In this document: positions 58,272 to 64,000 of the stretch, one piece after another | How positions within the stretch are numbered: position 1 is the first letter of the stretch | Layout: every line of letters begins with the position of its first letter | NCBI GenBank assembly: GCA_002269645.1 | Contig: NIVC01003782.1 | Coordinates: 1 to 64,000, forward strand | DNA length: 64,000 nucleotides | Source: Macrostomum lignano | Lineage: Eukaryota | Reading direction: 5' to 3' | Translations under genes and position numbers: made by a program | Notes under the pieces: generated by a model | What the model saw: only the letters and a program-made list of their open reading frames with translations | What the model was told of the DNA's origin: nothing | The model's database searches: none

Positions 58272-61200
58272 CGCAGTAATCCTTGGCTATCGAGTGCAGT
58301 AATCCTTGGTTTATTAATAGCAATAATCCATGGCTTATCGAGTGCAGTAATCCTTGGTTTATTAATAGCAATAATCCTTGGCTTATCGAGTGCAGTAATT
58401 CATGGTTTATTAATAGCAATAATCCTTGGCTTATCGAGTGCAGTAATCCTTGGTTTATTAATAGCAATAATCCATGCCTTATCGAGTGCAGTAATCCTTG
58501 GTTTATTAATAGCAATAATCCTTGGCTTATCGAGTGCAGTAATCCTTGGTTTATTAATAGCAATAATCCATGGCTTATCGAGTGCAGTAATCCTTGGTTT
58601 GCCAAGAGCAATAGTCCTTGGCTTATCGAGTGCAGTAATCCTTGGTTTGCCAAGAGCAATAGTCCTTGGTTTATTGAGTGCAGTAATCCTTGGTTTATTA
58701 ATAGCAATAGTCCTTGGTTTATTGAGTGCAGTAATCCTTGGTTTATTAATAGCAATAATCCTTGGCTTATCGAGTGCAGTAATCCTTGGTTTGCCAAGTG
58801 CATAATCCTTGGTTTATCGAGTGCAGTAATCCTTGGTTTATTAATAGCAATAATCCTTGGCTTATCGAGTGCAGTAATCCTTGGTTTATTAATAGCAATA
58901 ATCCATGGCTTATCGAGTGCAGTAATCCTTGGTTTGCCAAGAGCAATAGTCCTTGGCTTATCGAGTGCAGTAATCCTTGGTTTGCCAAGAGCAATAGTCC
59001 TTGGTTTATTGAGTGCAGTAATCCTTGGTTTATTAATAGCAATAGTCCTTGGTTTATTGAGTGCAGTAATCCTTGGTTTATTAATAGCAATAATCCTTGG
59101 CTTATCGAGTGCAGTAATCCTTGGTTTGCCAAGTGCATAATCCTTGGTTTATTAATAGCAATAATCCTTGGCTTATCGAGTGCAGTAATCCTTGGTTTAT
59201 TAATAGCAATAATCCTTGGTTTATCGAGTGCATTAATCCTTGGTTTATTAATAGCAATAATCCTTGGCTTATCGAGTGCAGTAATCCTTGGTTTATTAAT
59301 AGCAATAATCCTTGGCTTATCGAGTGCAGTAATCCTTGGTTTGCCAAGAGCAATAGTCCTTGGTTTTTTGAGTGCAGTAATCCTTGGTTTATTAATAGCA
59401 ATAGTCCTTGGTTTATTGAGTGCAGTAATGCTTGGTTTATTAATAGCAATAATCCTTGGCTTATCGATTGCAGTAATCCTTGGTTTGCCAAGTGCATAAT
59501 CCTTGGTTTATTAATAGCAATAATCCTTGGTTTATCGAGTGCAGTAATCCTTAGTTTATTAATAGCAATAATCCTTGGCTTATCGAGTGCAGTAATCCTT
59601 GGTTTATTAATAGCAATAATCCATGGCTTATCGAGTGCAGTAATCCTTGGTTTGCCAAGAGCAATAGTCCTTGGCTTATCGAGTGCAGTAATCCTTGGTT
59701 TGCCAAGAGCAATAGTCCTTGGTTTATTGAGTGCAGTAATCCTTGGTTTATTAATAGCAATAGTCCTTGGCTTATCGAGTGCAGTAATCCTTGGTTTATT
59801 AATAGCAATAATCCTTGGTTTATCGAGTGCAGTAATCCTTGGTTTATTAATAGCAATAATCCTTGGCTTATCGAGTGCAGTAATCCTTGGTTTATTAATA
59901 GCAATAATCCATGGCTTATGAGTGCAGTAATCCTTGGTTTATTAATAGCAATAATCCTTGGCTTATCGAGTGCAGTAATTCATGGTTTATTAATAGCAAT
60001 AGTCCTTGGTTTATTGAGTGCAGTAATCCTTGGTTTATTAATAGCAATAATCCTTGGCTTATCGAGTGCAGTAATCCTTGGTTTGCCAAGTGCATAATCC
60101 TTGGTTTATTAATAGCAATAATCCTTGGCTTATCGAGTGCAGTAATCCTTGGTTTATTAATAGCAATAATCCTTGGTTTATCGAGTGCATTAATCCTTGG
60201 TTTATTAATAGCAATAATCCTTGGCTTATCGAGTGCAGTAATCCTTGGTTTATTAATAGCAATAATCCTTGGCTTATCGAGTGCAGTAATCCTTGGTTTG
60301 CCAAGAGCAATAGTCCTTGGTTTTTTGAGTGCAGTAATCCTTGGTTTATTAATAGCAATAGTCCTTGGTTTATTGAGTGCAGTAATGCTTGGTTTATTAA
60401 TAGCAATAATCCTTGGCTTATCGATTGCAGTAATCCTTGGTTTGCCAAGTGCATAATCCTTGGTTTATTAATAGCAATAATCCTTGGTTTATCGAGTGCA
60501 GTAATCCTTAGTTTATTAATAGCAATAATCCTTGGCTTATCGAGTGCAGTAATCCTTGGTTTATTAATAGCAATAATCCATGGCTTATCGAGTGCAGTAA
60601 TCCTTGGTTTGCCAAGAGCAATAGTCCTTGGCTTATCGAGTGCAGTAATCCTTGGTTTGCCAAGAGCAATAGTCCTTGGTTTATTGAGTGCAGTAATCCT
60701 TGGTTTATTAATAGCAATAGTCCTTGGCTTATCGAGTGCAGTAATCCTTGGTTTATTAATAGCAATAATCCTTGGTTTATCGAGTGCAGTAATCCTTGGT
60801 TTATTAATAGCAATAATCCTTGGCTTATCGAGTGCAGTAATCCTTGGTTTATTAATAGCAATAATCCATGGCTTATGAGTGCAGTAATCCTTGGTTTATT
60901 AATAGCAATAATCCTTGGCTTATCGAGTGCAGTAATTCATGGTTTATTAATAGCAATAATCCTTGGCTTATCGAGTGCAGTAATCCTTGGTTTATTAATA
61001 GCAATAATCCATGGCTTATCGAGTGCAGTAATCCTTGGTTTGCCAAGAGCAATAATCCTTGCTTATCGAGTGCAGTATTCCTTGGTTTGCCAAGAGCAAT
61101 AATCCTTAGCTTATCGAGTGCAGTATTCCTTGGTTTGCCAAGAGCAATAGTCCTTGGTTTATTGAGTGCAGTAATCCTTGGTTTATTAATAGCAATAGTC

Positions 61201-64000
61201 CTTGGCTTATCGAGTGCAGTAATCCTTGGTTTATTAATAGCAATAATCCTTGGTTTATCGAGTGCAGTAATCCTTGGTTTATTAATAGCAATAATCCTTG
61301 GCTTATCGAGTGCAGTAATCCTTGGTTTATTAATAGCAATAATCCATGGCTTATGAGTGCAGTAATCCTTGGTTTATTAATAGCAATAATCCTTGGCTTA
61401 TCGAGTGCAGTAATCCTTGGTTTAAAGCAATAATCCATGGCTTATCGAGTGCAGTAATCCTTGGTTTGCCAAGAGCAATAGTCCTTGGCTTATCGAGTGC
61501 AGTAATCCTTGGTTTGCCAAGAGCAATAGTCCTTGGTTTATTGAGTGCAGTAATCCTTGGTTTATTAATAGCAATAGTCCTTGGTTTATTGAGTGCAGTA
61601 ATCCTTGGTTTATTAATAGCAATAATCCTTGGTTATCGAGTGCAGTAATCCTTGGCTTATCGAGTGCAGTAATCCTTGGTTTATTAATAGCAATAATCCT
61701 TGGCTTATCGAGTGCATTAATCCTTGGTTTATTAATAGCAATAATCCTTGGCTTATCGAGTGCAGTAATCCTTGGTTTATTAATAGCAATAATCCTTGGC
61801 TTATCGAGTGCAGTAATCCTTGGTTTAAGAGCAATAGTCCTTGGCTTTCGAGTGCAGTAATCCTTGGTTTATTAATAGCAATAGTCCTTGGTTTATTGAG
61901 TGCAGTAATGCTTGGTTTATTAATAGCAATAATCCTTGGCTTATCGATTGCAGTAATCCTTGGTTTAAGTGCATAATCCTTGGTTATTAATAGCAATAAT
62001 CCTTGGTTTATCGAGTGCAGTAATCCTTAGTTTATTAATAGCAATAATCCTTGGCTTATCGAGTGCAGTAATCCTTGTTTATTAATAGCAATAATCCATG
62101 GCTTATCGAGTGCAGTAATCCTTGGTTTATTAGCAATAGTCCTTGGCTTATCGAGTGCAGTAATCCTTGGTTTGCCAAGAGCAATAGTCCTTGGCTTATC
62201 GAGTGCAGTAATCCTTGGTTTATTAATAGCAATAGTCCTTGGTTATCGAGTGCAGTAATCCTTGGTTTATTAATAGCAATAATCCTTGGTTTATCGAGTG
62301 CAGTAATCCTTGGTTTATTAATAGCAATAATCCTTGGCTTATCGAGTGCAGTAATCCTTGGTTTATTAATAGCAATAATCCATGGCTTATGAGTGCAGTA
62401 ATCCTTGGTTTATTAATAGCAATAATCCTTGGCTTATGAGTGCAGTAATTCATGGTTTATTAATAGCAATAGTCCTTGGTTTATTGAGTGCAGTAATCCT
62501 TGGTTTATTAATAGCAATAATCCTTGGCTTATCGAGTGCAGTAATCCTTGGTTTAAGTGCATAATCCTTGGTTTATTAATGCAATAATCCTTGGCTTATC
62601 GAGTGCAGTAATCCTTGGTTTATTAATAGCAATAATCCTTGGTTTATCGAGTGCATTAATCCTTGGTTTATTAATAGCAATAATCCTTGGCTTATCGAGT
62701 GCAGTAATCCTTGGTTTATTAATAGCAATAATCCTTGGCTTATCGAGTGCAGTAATCCTTGGTTTGCCAAGAGCAATAGTCCTTGGTTTCGAGTGCAGTA
62801 ATCCTTGGTTTATTAATAGCAATAGTCCTTGGTTTATTGAGTGCAGTAATGCTTGGTTTATTAATAGCAATAATCCTTGGCTTATCGATTGCAGTAATCT
62901 TGGTTTGCCAAGTGCATAATCCTTGGCTTTATTAATAGCAATAATCCTTGGTTTATCGAGTGCAGTAATCCTTAGTTTATTAATAGCAATAATCCTTGGC
63001 TTATCGAGTGCAGTAATCCTTGTTTATTAATAGCAATAATCCATGGCTTATCGAGTGCAGTAATCCTTGGTTTGCCAAGAGCAATAGTCCTTGGTTTATT
63101 GAGTGCAGTAATCCTTGGTTTATTAATAGCAATAGTCCTTGGCTTATCGAGTGCAGTAATCCTTGGTTTATTAATAGCAATAATCCTTGGTTTATCGAGT
63201 GCAGTAATCCTTGGTTTATTAATAGCAATAATCCTTGGCTTATCGAGTGCAGTAATCCTTGGTTTATTAATAGCAATAATCCATGGCTTATGAGTGCAGT
63301 AATCCTTGGTTTATTAATAGCAATAATCCTTGGCTTATCGAGTGCAGTAATTCATGGTTTATTAATAGCAATAATCCTTGGCTTATCGAGTGCAGTAATC
63401 CTTGGTTTATTAATAGCAATAATCCATGGCTTATCGAGTGCAGTAATCCTTGGTTTGCCAAGAGCAATAATCCTTGGCTTATCGAGTGCAGTATTCCTTG
63501 GTTTGCCAAGAGCAATAATCCTTAGCTTATCGAGTGCAGTATTCCTTGGTTTGCCAAGAGCAATAATCCTTAGCTTATCGAGTGCAGTATTCCTTGGTTT
63601 GCCAAGAGCAATAGTCCTTGGTTATTGAGTGCAGTAATCCTTGGTTTATTAATAGCAATAGTCCTTGGCTTATCGAGTGCAGTAATCCTTGGTTTATTAA
63701 TAGCAATAATCCTTGGTTTATCGAGTGCAGTAATCCTTGGTTTATTAATAGCAATAATCCTTGGCTTATCGAGTGCAGTAATCCTTGGTTTATTAATAGC
63801 AATAATCCATGGCTTATGAGTGCAGTAATCCTTGGTTTATTAATAGCAATAATCCTTGGCTTATCGAGTGCAGTAATTCATGGTTTATTAATAGCAATAA
63901 TCCTTGGCTTATCGAGTGCAGTAATCCTTGGTTTATTAATAGCAATAATCCATGGCTTATCGAGTGCAGTAATCCTTGGTTTGCCAAGAGCAATAATCCT
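58272..64000. repeat. 24-bp satellite array (>5.7 kb, runs off the window) with three main monomer types and a 957-bp higher-order repeat
   Basis: Monomers ttatcgagtgcagtaatccttgg(t/c), ttattaatagcaataatccttggc and ttgccaagagcaatagtccttggc. Identical ORFs are offset by 957 bp (59121/60078, 59102/60059, 59551/60508). Confidence 0.97.

Noticed and set aside
58267-63819. Dozens of ORFs (NPWLIECS / SAVILGL / NQGLL repeats)
   Set aside because: Translations of the 24-bp satellite.

Overview
Eukaryotic (metazoan) genomic DNA, rich in repeats. GT-AG introns, TTAGGG-type tracts and the style of the LINE and satellite sequences suggest a free-living flatworm such as Macrostomum; that assignment is inference. 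Bases 1-24.6 kb are gene-rich: an intronless secreted PAN-like/LamG-like protein, three tandem paralogous small Cys-rich single-pass membrane genes, and four co-oriented minus-strand housekeeping genes (THG1, STK16 with tRNA-Gly(GCC) in an intron, a COX8-like gene, a BOD1/Shg1-family gene), with minisatellites between them. Bases 24.7-39.5 kb are mostly decayed transposons. This includes a ~5.4 kb block almost free of CpG, whose homologue 6.5 kb away still has its CpGs, so CG->TG/CA/TA changes can be read directly. Bases 40-50.4 kb hold a GT32 DXD glycosyltransferase with an in-frame stop, orphan 3' exons, LINE/Gypsy/mariner fragments, and an unknown HTH-like ORF pair next to an array of long palindromes. 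Bases 50.5-64 kb are a duplicated composite repeat (telomere-like tracts, a ~23-bp satellite, a tRNA-like head) followed by a 24-bp satellite with a 957-bp higher-order repeat. No CRISPR array or rRNA. All counts and alignments were made by eye.
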